Source: an uncultured Clostridia bacterium
GTDB taxonomy: Bacteria > Bacillota > Clostridia > Christensenellales > UBA3700
NCBI GenBank assembly: GCA_937880755.1
Contig: CALGRX010000020.1
Location: 149,645-213,644, forward strand
Direction of reading: 5' to 3'
DNA: 64,000 nt
The notes beneath the pieces are model-generated. The model searched no databases. It saw only the letters and a list, made by a program, of their open reading frames with translations, and had not been told where the DNA came from. The first letter of the stretch is position 1. Each line of letters opens with the position of its first letter. The position numbers and the translations under genes are program-made. Of the stretch, positions 18,026 through 26,296 are shown piece by piece.

Positions 18026-18256
18026 ATGAGATTAGTAGATGCTGTTTATGCAAGAATTATTGAATTGGTAAAAGAAAGACAAATCTCCGTAATGCTTTGG
18101 CAATTCTAAGTGGTGTACCTCGTCCTACCATTGTTACGATGACTAGAAGCAACCGTTAAACTTTCGACGATTTATGGCATTTGCAACGGACTGAAAATCT
18201 CTTTGTAGGACTTTTTCAACTCTCCGTTGTTTAGTCCCGAAAATATTACCGATTGA
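18026..18256 (+). pseudogene. Decayed XRE-family helix-turn-helix regulator
   Basis: Three frames together spell MRLVDAVYARIIELVKERQIS / NALAILSGVPRPTIVTMTRSN / VKLSTIYGICNGLKISL*DFFNSPLF. That requires two frameshifts and contains one internal TAG. Confidence 0.7.
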
Positions 18257-18265
18257 CAAATTAAT

Positions 18266-18300
18266 CAAAAAAAACGACCTTACAAATAATTAAGGTCGTT
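18266..18300 (-). terminator. Terminator of the hprK-containing operon
   Basis: ACGACCTTA ... TAAGGTCGT stem followed, on the minus strand, by T8. Confidence 0.7.
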
Positions 18301-18379
18301 ATTTGATCGAAGTTGCAAATAAAGCCTAATTGCTACAATTTATCGAAAATCACTATCGAAAATGCAGTAAATTATGCTT

Positions 18380-18559
18380 TTACCAATCTTCTTTGTGAGA
18401 TAGCTTGATATCGGTATAAAATTCTTTGTACTTGCGTTTGAAGGCTTCGGGGTCGGACTCGTAGTCCTCGGCGTCGTAGAGAGAACAAAACTCTGCAAAT
18501 ATATCGTCGCAGTCTTCGTCGAGCCTTTCGGCAAGCTTCATCATTTCGTAATTGGTCAT
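18380..18559 (-). CDS. Small acidic protein (59 aa), below the ORF-track length cut-off
   Basis: My own translation is MTNYEMMKLAERLDEDCDDIFAEFCSLYDAEDYESDPEAFKRKYKEFYTDIKLSHKEDW. GGAG lies 8 nt upstream and the ATG is 4 nt after the hprK stop. The 64-aa track ORF in another frame (18340-18534) looks non-protein-like. Confidence 0.45.
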   Translation of the reverse strand: MTNYEMMKLAERLDEDCDDIFAEFCSLYDAEDYESDPEAFKRKYKEFYTDIKLSHKEDW

Positions 18560-18563
18560 AACC

Positions 18564-19505
18564 TTACTCCGTTATCTTGGCGTTGTTCATAAGTTCTTTG
18601 AGAGGATCGTAGCCAAACTCTTTGAGACGGAAGTTCCTTGCGGCAACTTCTACGACTATGGCAAGGTTTCTACCCGGCATAACGGGCAATACGATTTTTG
18701 GCTTTTTGATACCCAATATGGTGGTTTCGCTTTGATTTTTGCCAAGTCTTTCAACTCCACCCATATTGTCCTTCCACTTTTGAAGTTCTATAACCAAGTG
18801 GATATCTTCGCTGTCCAGCACCGCTCCCACACCGTAAAGTCTACGCACGTCAATGATACCTATACCCCTTACTTCCATAAAGAACTTGATATTGTCGGGC
18901 GCTCTACCCACGAGTTCGTTGTTGACCTTTTTGATAATTACGGCGTCGTCGGCAACCAAACGGTGTCCTCTATGCACGAGTTCCAACGCCGTTTCGCTCT
19001 TACCAAGTCCGCTGTCGCCCGTTATCAACACGCCCGTACCGCTGATATCAAGCAAGGTGCCGTGGCAAGATATGCTAGGTGCAAGTAAGTTTTGAAGATA
19101 ATCGGCAACTGTGGTGTTGAGCTGTGTGGTCGTGCAAGCCGACTGCAAAACGGGAATATTGTTTTTGCGAAAAACCTCGATTGCCGTTGCGTCGGGTTGC
19201 AACTGCCTAGCGTAGACTATGCAAGGAATCTCTTTGGTACATATTCTCTCGGTGGTCTTGCGTTTGTTTTCGCTATCGAGAGAGTCAAAATAATAGTGCT
19301 CGGCAAAGCCTACGAGTTGCACTCTGCCCGCGCCGAAATAGTCCTCGAAGCCTGCTAGCAATAGCCCCGGACGATTGACTAGCATAGAAGTAAAGGTTAC
19401 GTCGTCGTCCTCGTTGCCTACGATAATATTGAGACCGCAAGCCTTGCAAAACTGTCCGAGCTTGACTGTCTTGACTACGAGTTCTTCTTCCATATTTACT
19501 GCCAT
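18564..19505 (-). CDS. hprK: HPr kinase/phosphorylase
   Basis: Walker A GDSGLGKSE and the HprK signature LVADD ... EVRGIGI. I chose the start at MAVNMEEE (ATG 19505), which has GGAGG 5 nt upstream. Confidence 0.93.
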   Translation of the reverse strand: MAVNMEEELVVKTVKLGQFCKACGLNIIVGNEDDDVTFTSMLVNRPGLLLAGFEDYFGAGRVQLVGFAEHYYFDSLDSENKRKTTERICTKEIPCIVYARQLQPDATAIEVFRKNNIPVLQSACTTTQLNTTVADYLQNLLAPSISCHGTLLDISGTGVLITGDSGLGKSETALELVHRGHRLVADDAVIIKKVNNELVGRAPDNIKFFMEVRGIGIIDVRRLYGVGAVLDSEDIHLVIELQKWKDNMGGVERLGKNQSETTILGIKKPKIVLPVMPGRNLAIVVEVAARNFRLKEFGYDPLKELMNNAKITE

Positions 19506-19516
19506 ATTATCCTCCG

Positions 19517-20335
19517 TCAGGCTTGCTCTTCTAAGCAAAACTTATAAATTATTTGCGCAATAGCGTCTTCGTCGTTGGACACGCTGACAAAATCCGCCTT
19601 GTTCTTGGTCACGTCAAAGGCGTTGGCTGTGGCTATGCCCAAGCCCGCCGTCTGTATCATAGAAATATCGTTTTCGCTATCGCCCACGGCAATTACTTCG
19701 TCAAGACTCCAATTGTGCATTTTGCACACTTCTCTCACGGCGCTACCCTTGTTGATACCAAAGGGCAAAAACTCTACTATCACGGGTTTGGAACGGCACA
19801 TAACCACCCTATCGCCGAATTGTCGTCTTGCCTCATCGATAAGTTGAGGGGCTTTGTCGGGGGCTATGAGCGCAATGAGTTTCATAGGCGGATTGCTACC
19901 CAAAAGAAAATCGTGCAAAGTCTTGCCCGTCACGTTGTAAGATATCTGACATATCATGGCGAAGTTGTCGGTATATGGGTTTTTGTATTGCACGCAACAC
20001 TCGTCGTCCACGTAAGCCATGCCGACTAAGTCTTTGCGCTCGTCCAAAAAATCCGCCACTTCCAAAGCCAAGGAGGGCTCGAAAAAATTGCTGTATTTTA
20101 GTTTCCTCGTCTCGATATCGTATACGCCCGCGCCTTGGTAGCATATCAAATCGCCACGCAAGCCAAGCTCTTTGGCTTTGGGCAAAATAGACTGAAATAG
20201 TCTGCCCGTTGCGAGAATAAAGTGTCCGCCCGCCTCTATATAGCGTTGGATTGCATCCTTGTTGGCTTGAGATATCGTATAGTCGCTACGATATAGAGTG
20301 CCGTCAAAATCACTAAAAATTGCCTTGTATTTCAT
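19517..20335 (-). CDS. Cof-type HAD-IIB phosphatase
   Basis: 272 aa with FSDFDGTL motif I and GDSENDISM motif IV. Confidence 0.85.
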   Translation of the reverse strand: MKYKAIFSDFDGTLYRSDYTISQANKDAIQRYIEAGGHFILATGRLFQSILPKAKELGLRGDLICYQGAGVYDIETRKLKYSNFFEPSLALEVADFLDERKDLVGMAYVDDECCVQYKNPYTDNFAMICQISYNVTGKTLHDFLLGSNPPMKLIALIAPDKAPQLIDEARRQFGDRVVMCRSKPVIVEFLPFGINKGSAVREVCKMHNWSLDEVIAVGDSENDISMIQTAGLGIATANAFDVTKNKADFVSVSNDEDAIAQIIYKFCLEEQA

Positions 20336-20369
20336 AATACTTATATTGTATATCCTTTGTGATAATATG

Positions 20370-22217
20370 TCAATCTTCCGACGTATCGCCTAGGTGAAAA
20401 TGCTCGTATATCGCTATTGCGGTAGGTCTATCCATACCCTTGACGAGCAACAAGTCCTCTATGCTTGCGTTGCGAATATTGTCCATAGTCCTAAAAGCTT
20501 GTATGAGCCGTTTTTGCTTGGTTTCGCCCACACCCGCTATATCGGTAAGTCTGCTCTTGGTCTGGGTGCGTTTACGCTCGTTGCGGTGAAATGTTATGGC
20601 AAATCTATGTGCCTCGTCCCTTATGCGCTGGACGAGCTTGAGGGCGTAACTGTTGCGTGGCAAAAGCACCGATTGCGATTGACCCGGGAAGAATATCTCC
20701 TCTTCGCTCTTGGCAAGACCTACGATTTCTACACCGCTAAGCCCCGCTTTCTCTACCTCTTGCATGACGCTGCTGAGTTGTCCCTTGCCACCGTCTATGA
20801 TGATAAGGTCGGGACGTGAAGAAAAGGATTCGTCTTTTTCCTGCTCGTCTAGTAGGCGAGATATCCTACGTCTAAGCACTTCTTGGAGACTCTCGAAGTC
20901 GTTGTTGCCCTCTACCGTCTTGATATGGAACTTGCGATAGTGCGATTTGGCAGGTTGTCCGTTGATAAACACCACCATCGAACCTACCTTGTTGGTGCCC
21001 GATATATGCGATATGTCGTAGCATTCCATGCGAATAGGCATACGGGAGAGCTTGAGAAATTCTTGAAGTTGTATCATTGCGCCCACCGTCATATTGTCTT
21101 GACGTTCTTTGAGCGACAGCGACTTGTCGAGATAGTCGCAAGCGTTGCTCATTGCCATATCTACGAGTTGCTTGCGCACACCTTGATGAGGGGTGATGAC
21201 GTTGACCTTCTTGCCCTTCTTCTCGCCAATGTATTCCGCCAAAACGTCGGCGTCTTCGAGTGCAACGCTTGTGATAACTTCTTGCGGAATATACGGCACA
21301 CCGTCGTAATAGCGCAGGATATAGTTGGATAGACTGTCTTGCTCGGTTAGGCTAAGACTGTCCACGACTTGTTTGTCCGAGCCCACCAGCTTGCCCGCTC
21401 TGACGAAAAGCGTGGATACCACGACGTTGAGCCCGTTGGAAGCAATGGCAAATACGTCGAGGTCAAAATCCTTAGGCAAAGCCGTCACTTGACGACGGAT
21501 AAGTTTGTCGAGCACGGCGAGTTTTTGCTTATACATCAAGGCAATCTCGTATTCCGTCTGCTCGGACGCCTCTTTCATTTTGCGTGTAAGAATATTAGCC
21601 ACCGACTTGTCATTGCCTTGCAAAAAAGCCACGACTTTGGCTATCGTTTCGGCGTATTGCTCGGGCGTCTCGTACCCCATACAAGGCGCTTTGCACCTGC
21701 CTATGTGATAATTGAGGCAAGGTCTGTGCCCTTTGGGTGGCTTAGACATATCGATACCACACGAGCGCAAAGGAAAAGCCGAATAGATGAGATCGACTAT
21801 CTCCTTGGAAGTAATGCCTTGCATATAAGGTCCGAAGTATTTAGCTCCGTCGTTTTTGAGCTTGCGTACCACTTCAACCTTGGGATAGGCTTGCTTGGTA
21901 TTGATTTTGATAAAAGGATAACTCTTGTCGTCTTTGAGAAGTATATTGTAAGGCGGTTGGTGCTTTTTGATGAGGTTGTTCTCGAGCACCAAAGCCTCTA
22001 TCTCGTTGCGAGTGATGATGTATTCAAAATCGGCAATTTTGGACACCATAATGAGCACCTTGTCGGTCTTGCCGACGGGTGAACCGAAGTACTGAGTAAC
22101 CCTCTTTTTGAGATTGCGAGCCTTGCCGACATACAAAATCTGTCTGTCGGCGGAATACATTATATAAACTCCGCTGTTTTCGGGTAAATCCTTGACCTTT
22201 TGCCTAATCAAATCCAT
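20370..22217 (-). CDS. uvrC: Excinuclease ABC subunit C
   Basis: 615 aa with an N-terminal GIY-YIG domain (GVYIMY ... ILYVGKA), a UvrBC domain and a C-terminal HhH. Confidence 0.95.
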   Translation of the reverse strand: MDLIRQKVKDLPENSGVYIMYSADRQILYVGKARNLKKRVTQYFGSPVGKTDKVLIMVSKIADFEYIITRNEIEALVLENNLIKKHQPPYNILLKDDKSYPFIKINTKQAYPKVEVVRKLKNDGAKYFGPYMQGITSKEIVDLIYSAFPLRSCGIDMSKPPKGHRPCLNYHIGRCKAPCMGYETPEQYAETIAKVVAFLQGNDKSVANILTRKMKEASEQTEYEIALMYKQKLAVLDKLIRRQVTALPKDFDLDVFAIASNGLNVVVSTLFVRAGKLVGSDKQVVDSLSLTEQDSLSNYILRYYDGVPYIPQEVITSVALEDADVLAEYIGEKKGKKVNVITPHQGVRKQLVDMAMSNACDYLDKSLSLKERQDNMTVGAMIQLQEFLKLSRMPIRMECYDISHISGTNKVGSMVVFINGQPAKSHYRKFHIKTVEGNNDFESLQEVLRRRISRLLDEQEKDESFSSRPDLIIIDGGKGQLSSVMQEVEKAGLSGVEIVGLAKSEEEIFFPGQSQSVLLPRNSYALKLVQRIRDEAHRFAITFHRNERKRTQTKSRLTDIAGVGETKQKRLIQAFRTMDNIRNASIEDLLLVKGMDRPTAIAIYEHFHLGDTSED

Positions 22218-22255
22218 AAGGATATTATATCATACTTTGGCTGTCGATACAATAA

Positions 22256-22612
22256 TTAAACGTACTTTCCGTTGGACGTGTTGAGATTGTTGACCCCCGT
22301 CATCATTACTTCGTTGACGTAAGGGTTGACGATGCGATAAAAGACGATTTTGCCCACCCGCCTATCCGCCACTATTCGAGCGTCGCGGAGAAGTTTGAGC
22401 TGATGAGATACGGTGGTTTGGTTGAGTCCCAACAATATGCACACGTCACATACGCAAAGTTCCGTCACGGCAAGCACCGACAGTATCTTGAGCCTCGTGC
22501 TGTCGCTAAATATAAAATAAAAATCGGCTATTCCCTTGACAGCTCCGTTGGGCGGAATGTAGCTCCTAATAGATTGTTCTTCACTCTCCGTCAACGTCAA
22601 ACACCCGCGCAT
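22256..22612 (-). CDS. ArsR/SmtB-family metalloregulator with an ELCVCDVC site
   Basis: wHTH segment LKILSVLAVTELCVCDVCILLGLNQTTVSHQLKLLRDARIV. I chose the start at MRGCL (ATG 22612), which has GGAGG 4 nt upstream; the longer track ORF would leave only 58 nt for two divergent promoters. Confidence 0.85.
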   Translation of the reverse strand: MRGCLTLTESEEQSIRSYIPPNGAVKGIADFYFIFSDSTRLKILSVLAVTELCVCDVCILLGLNQTTVSHQLKLLRDARIVADRRVGKIVFYRIVNPYVNEVMMTGVNNLNTSNGKYV

Positions 22613-22669
22613 AACCCCTCCGTGCAAAATAATATGCCTATTGGTTGATAAGTACATATTATCACGGTA

Positions 22670-22697
22670 ACACAATCGTATTTTGTCTCATATTGTA
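22670..22697 (+). promoter_or_regulatory. Sigma-K-like (mother-cell) promoter candidate for cysteine-string gene 1
   Basis: ACAC-N15-CATATTGTA fits the AC-N17-CATAnnnTA consensus. The same module, with the same spacing, precedes the paralog at 60993-61020. Confidence 0.45.
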
Positions 22698-22733
22698 AAA
22701 TAAGAAAAAACATTGAAAATAGGAGGTCAATCT

Positions 22734-22919
22734 ATGGATAATTGCTGCTACTTGTGGATTATCATCTTACTCTTAAGCTGTTGCTGTGGCGACAATGAAG
22801 GAAGATCCGGCAACAACTGTTTCTTCGGCAGAGACGGTGGATGCGACTGTTGCACGCTCATAATCTTGATACTCATCATCTGCTGCTGTTGTAGAAACGG
22901 CGACGACGACGTAATCTAA
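22734..22919 (+). CDS. Cysteine-string mini-protein 1 (61 aa, 13 Cys)
   Basis: MDNCCYLWIIILLLSCCCGDNEGRSGNNCFFGRDGGCDCCTLIILILIICCCCRNGDDDVI. AGGAGG lies 7 nt upstream of the ATG, the gene has its own terminator, and a paralog lies at 60740-60961. Confidence 0.7.
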   Translation: MDNCCYLWIIILLLSCCCGDNEGRSGNNCFFGRDGGCDCCTLIILILIICCCCRNGDDDVI

Positions 22920-22948
22920 GATACGTATAAGATACATATTATGCTAAA

Positions 22949-22980
22949 ATATCCACCCCAACCAAGGGTGGATATTTCTT
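22949..22980 (+). terminator. Terminator of cysteine-string gene 1
   Basis: ATATCCACCC-caaccaa-GGGTGGATAT followed by TTCTT. Confidence 0.75.
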
Positions 22981-23096
22981 GCAATCGCATATGCGACGAG
23001 TTTCACTTAACGGTAAAAAAACGGTATGATTATAGAATTACGTTTTACTCAATCAAATATATATTTTTGCCGATACGTATTGCGTTTTTTACTATT

Positions 23097-23681
23097 TTAG
23101 CCAAATAAATCGTCTATGTTGTCGTCGTCGGGCCGAGTAGGCTCACCCCTCTTGGTGACGATGGCAACTCGCCTCGACACCAACTTAAATACTATCCTAT
23201 ACAATGGGTCGTAGGCACAAAATAGTACTACTCCCACAGCCCAAAATAACGGCTCGCTTAGTCGCCAAGAGCCTATGACTATATCGGAGATTATCAATCC
23301 CATCAACTTATAGCACGCCCAAAACGCTAAGACGAAATATGCAAGCTTAATAACCGTTATCAGTATGATTTTGACAGCTTTAGGCAAACGCAAATTATAA
23401 AAACGAAAATCTAAAAGCCACGCAACCAGAGAGTATAAGCCGAAGAATAATATAAAAGGCAGGGCTTTGATATTGCCTGCCAAAAATCCTACTGCCGACG
23501 CAACGACGTAGCTTGCGAGCGCCGACCAAAATAAGCCTTGAGTGAGAGGAAGCGATACGCATAGCGCCGATATTACGAAAAAAGCTACCTTTGCCGTAGG
23601 CAGAAACATTGCAAGCAATAGCGATATAATCGTCAATGCGGCAGATATTCCCGAAATGGCAATGCGATAGCTTCTCTTCAT
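23097..23681 (-). CDS. Polytopic membrane protein (about 5-6 TM helices) of unrecognised family
   Basis: 194 aa, hydrophobic throughout, with an acidic C-terminal tail. The ATG is 1 nt after the J-protein stop. Confidence 0.65.
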   Translation of the reverse strand: MKRSYRIAISGISAALTIISLLLAMFLPTAKVAFFVISALCVSLPLTQGLFWSALASYVVASAVGFLAGNIKALPFILFFGLYSLVAWLLDFRFYNLRLPKAVKIILITVIKLAYFVLAFWACYKLMGLIISDIVIGSWRLSEPLFWAVGVVLFCAYDPLYRIVFKLVSRRVAIVTKRGEPTRPDDDNIDDLFG

Positions 23682-23682
23682 T

Positions 23683-24324
23683 TTAGCAACAAGGTATCAA
23701 ATCTCCGCCCATACACTCGCAACAACAGTCGCAACATATGAGTGTGGAACAAGTATTGCAACAAGCTTCGTCGTTAGCGGCACGCCTTGCCTCTTGGTCG
23801 GGGCGAGAATATCCCGCTCTACCCGCCGCAGCACTACCGCTAGCTGAGCTGGCGTACTCTGCGCTTGCCCCCGATAGCACTTTGTTGAGTCTTTCTCTAG
23901 CTTGCTTATACTTTTCGTTGTCCTCGTCGAGAGTGAGGGCTATGTCGAGTTGCTTTTTGCTCTCTACGTTCCAACCGCGCTTGTGATAAATGATGGCTTG
24001 CAGATAGTGCCAATATCCGTCTCTCATCTCGATATTGTCAAGCTTAGACTGCGCCCCTTCGAGATTGCCGTCCCTAATCATATCTTCTATCTCGCCTAAG
24101 CCGTTGCCCTCCTCGGTAAAGTGGAAGTCATTGGCTTTGTCCTCTATGCATTGGTGATAGGCTCGCTCTAATTCGTCGAGTTTTTTGGCAGCCAAGTTGC
24201 CAACCTCGCCCTCTTCAAAAAGTTGAGATTGGTACTCTTCTCTAAGCCTTTCGTAGGCTTGCCTTATCTCTTCTTGCGTGGCGTCATTGTCCACACCGAG
24301 TATCAAATACGGATCTTTTTGCAC
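23683..24324 (-). CDS. J-domain protein with a C-terminal cysteine string
   Basis: The N-terminus DPYLILGVDNDATQEEIRQAYERLREEY is a J-domain helix I/II pattern. The last 27 aa, ACCNTCSTLICCDCCCECMGGDLIPCC, contain 11 Cys. The start is GTG with GGAG 9 nt upstream. Confidence 0.85.
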   Translation of the reverse strand: MQKDPYLILGVDNDATQEEIRQAYERLREEYQSQLFEEGEVGNLAAKKLDELERAYHQCIEDKANDFHFTEEGNGLGEIEDMIRDGNLEGAQSKLDNIEMRDGYWHYLQAIIYHKRGWNVESKKQLDIALTLDEDNEKYKQARERLNKVLSGASAEYASSASGSAAAGRAGYSRPDQEARRAANDEACCNTCSTLICCDCCCECMGGDLIPCC

Positions 24325-25175
24325 TTAGTTTCACTCCTTAACAGTTCTTTGGTTTTGGTTAGTAAGCCGTACCACAATACGTTGGTGATTACCCCCTCGT
24401 ATCGGGCAATATTTAGATTGTCAAACGCCTTGTTGATAGCGTCGTAACACGACATAAATAGCAGTTGGAGTTCCTCAGACTTATCCTTGAGGAATGTCGC
24501 CTTGTCGGTATAGCTATAATCTGCGAGAAATACGTTGTATTTGCCACCCTTGAAGTCGTCGTCTATATCGTCGAGAGCGTCGGCACAGTACACCCATTTG
24601 CCCACGTTATACATTACGTCGCCAACGTGCGAATTATAATCGTCGCCCGATAGCTCGGCAGCAATCTCCTTCATAATCTCGGCAAAGGCGTCGGCTACGA
24701 TATCCGCTCCCGCTTGATTGTTTTTTTCCATAATCCTTAGACGCTCGTAGCCCTCCGCTACGATTTCGTCCACCTTGGGAAGATTGGTTTTGGCTCTCTT
24801 GTAATGTCTATTGAGCACCGCCTTGTTCACAAATCTGGCTTTGGCGGAATGCTCGTCGTATATATCGTCGACAAGTTTATAGTGTGCAAGTATGGTGTTG
24901 GTATCCACGATAGCACTCATTAGGTCGTTGTGCTTGACAATGCTCTTCTTTTTGATAGGATTGAGTATACAAGTCTCGTCGGCAAACTCCACCTGTCTAT
25001 CACAAATAGCGTGCATGAACACAGCCAAAAAGGTGACGTCGTAGTTGGTGGTAAATCTCATCAACTGTCCGCACTTTTTGCCTATAGACTTGCACAATCC
25101 GCAATAAAATGCCTTGTAGACGGTGTAGTCTTTGATAAACATATTGGGTTTGTCTGGCACAACGTATCCGAACAT
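24303..25175 (-). CDS. DUF5685 family protein
   Basis: 290 aa beginning MFGYVVPDKPNMFIKDYTVYKAFYCGLCKSIGKKCG, which is DUF5685-like. Its ATG shares one nucleotide with the trpS TAA (TAATG). Confidence 0.7.
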   Translation of the reverse strand: MFGYVVPDKPNMFIKDYTVYKAFYCGLCKSIGKKCGQLMRFTTNYDVTFLAVFMHAICDRQVEFADETCILNPIKKKSIVKHNDLMSAIVDTNTILAHYKLVDDIYDEHSAKARFVNKAVLNRHYKRAKTNLPKVDEIVAEGYERLRIMEKNNQAGADIVADAFAEIMKEIAAELSGDDYNSHVGDVMYNVGKWVYCADALDDIDDDFKGGKYNVFLADYSYTDKATFLKDKSEELQLLFMSCYDAINKAFDNLNIARYEGVITNVLWYGLLTKTKELLRSETKCKKIRI

Positions 25176-26176
25176 TAAATCAAAACGTATCCTATTGCTT
25201 TCTTAAATTCGGCAAGTTTTTTGCTTGCCATCTCCGACGCCCTTTCCTTTCCTTCTCTCGCTACTTGCATAAGGTAGTCCTTATTGTTCATAAGGTCGTC
25301 GTATCTCTTTCTGAACGGTCTGAGCATCTCGATTACGCTATCCGCTACGGCAAGCTTGAGGTCGCCGTATCTCATACCTTGGCAATCCTGTTGCACTTGC
25401 TCGATACTCTTGTTAGAAGTTGCCGCAAGAATGGTGAGTAGGTTGCTAATACCCGGTTTGTTGTCGGGGTCGTAGATTATCTCGCAACCACTGTCGGTGA
25501 CTGCTTTCTTAAACTTCTTGAGAATAACCGACTCTTCGTCAAGTACGCTTACGACCGCTCCCGGGGTCGGGTCGGACTTGCTCATCTTGGCAGTAGGGTC
25601 TTGCAAACTCATAATCTTAGCGCCTACCTTGTTAATGATAGGCTCGGGCACGGTGAAGATGTCGCCGTAGATATTGTTGACTCTCACCGCTATATCTCTT
25701 GCTATCTCCAAGTGTTGCAGTTGGTCTACTCCTACGGGTACGTAGTCGCTACCGTAGAGCAATATGTCCGCCGCCATTAGTACGGGATAGTCCATAAGTC
25801 CCATATTGATATTGTCGCTATGCTTTGACGACTTGTCCTTAAATTGCGTCATCCTATTCATCTCGCCAACGTAGGTGTAGCAGTTGAGAAGCCAAGCAAG
25901 CTCGCTGTGCTCGTGCACGTGCGATTGAAAATACAATATTGACTTGTCCTTGTCTATGCCCATAGCCATGAGCAATGCAAAAAAGCTCATTGCGTTGTCG
26001 TAAAATTGCTTAGGGTCTTGTCTGACGGTGATGGTGTGAAGGTCGGCAAGCGCAAACAAGCATTGGTTGTCGTCGCTATCTTGAATGGCGCGCCAATTAT
26101 TTACAGCACCGATAAAGTTGCCTAAAGTCATGATGCCCGACGGCTGTATCGCACTATAAATAATCTTCTTTGACAT
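25175..26176 (-). CDS. trpS: Tryptophan--tRNA ligase
   Basis: Class I aaRS with a KMSKS motif. I chose the start at MSKKIIYSAIQPSG (ATG 26176), which has GGAG 7 nt upstream. Confidence 0.95.
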   Translation of the reverse strand: MSKKIIYSAIQPSGIMTLGNFIGAVNNWRAIQDSDDNQCLFALADLHTITVRQDPKQFYDNAMSFFALLMAMGIDKDKSILYFQSHVHEHSELAWLLNCYTYVGEMNRMTQFKDKSSKHSDNINMGLMDYPVLMAADILLYGSDYVPVGVDQLQHLEIARDIAVRVNNIYGDIFTVPEPIINKVGAKIMSLQDPTAKMSKSDPTPGAVVSVLDEESVILKKFKKAVTDSGCEIIYDPDNKPGISNLLTILAATSNKSIEQVQQDCQGMRYGDLKLAVADSVIEMLRPFRKRYDDLMNNKDYLMQVAREGKERASEMASKKLAEFKKAIGYVLI

Positions 26177-26296
26177 ATATTGTCTCCTTTTTTGTTTCAA
26201 ACTATAAAAATAATAACATATATTATATAAAAAGTAAAGAGCATATCGTCGATACGCTCTTGCTTAGAGTAATTTTTTCGTCAAATAATCGGTAAG

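Noticed and set aside
22613-22733. Longer N-terminal extensions offered by the ORF track for the ArsR gene (start 22675) and for cysteine-string gene 1 (TTG at 22713). Similar extensions are offered for rnj, hprK, trpS, thrC, uvrA, folT, ttcA-like, spoVG, the LysM protein and the MDR-like gene.
   Set aside because: In each case an internal ATG with a canonical GGAG or GGAGG at 4-9 nt gives a family-typical N-terminus. The extensions would cover promoters, terminators, the THF riboswitch or the neighbouring gene.
26177-26296. I looked for T-box leaders upstream of trpS, glyQS (61059-61111) and thrC, and for a SAM or lysine-type riboswitch upstream of hom.
   Set aside because: The trpS leader is at most 120 nt and is mostly occupied by the thrC terminator. 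The glyQS leader is about 50 nt. No specifier loop, T-box sequence or recognisable aptamer core is present.
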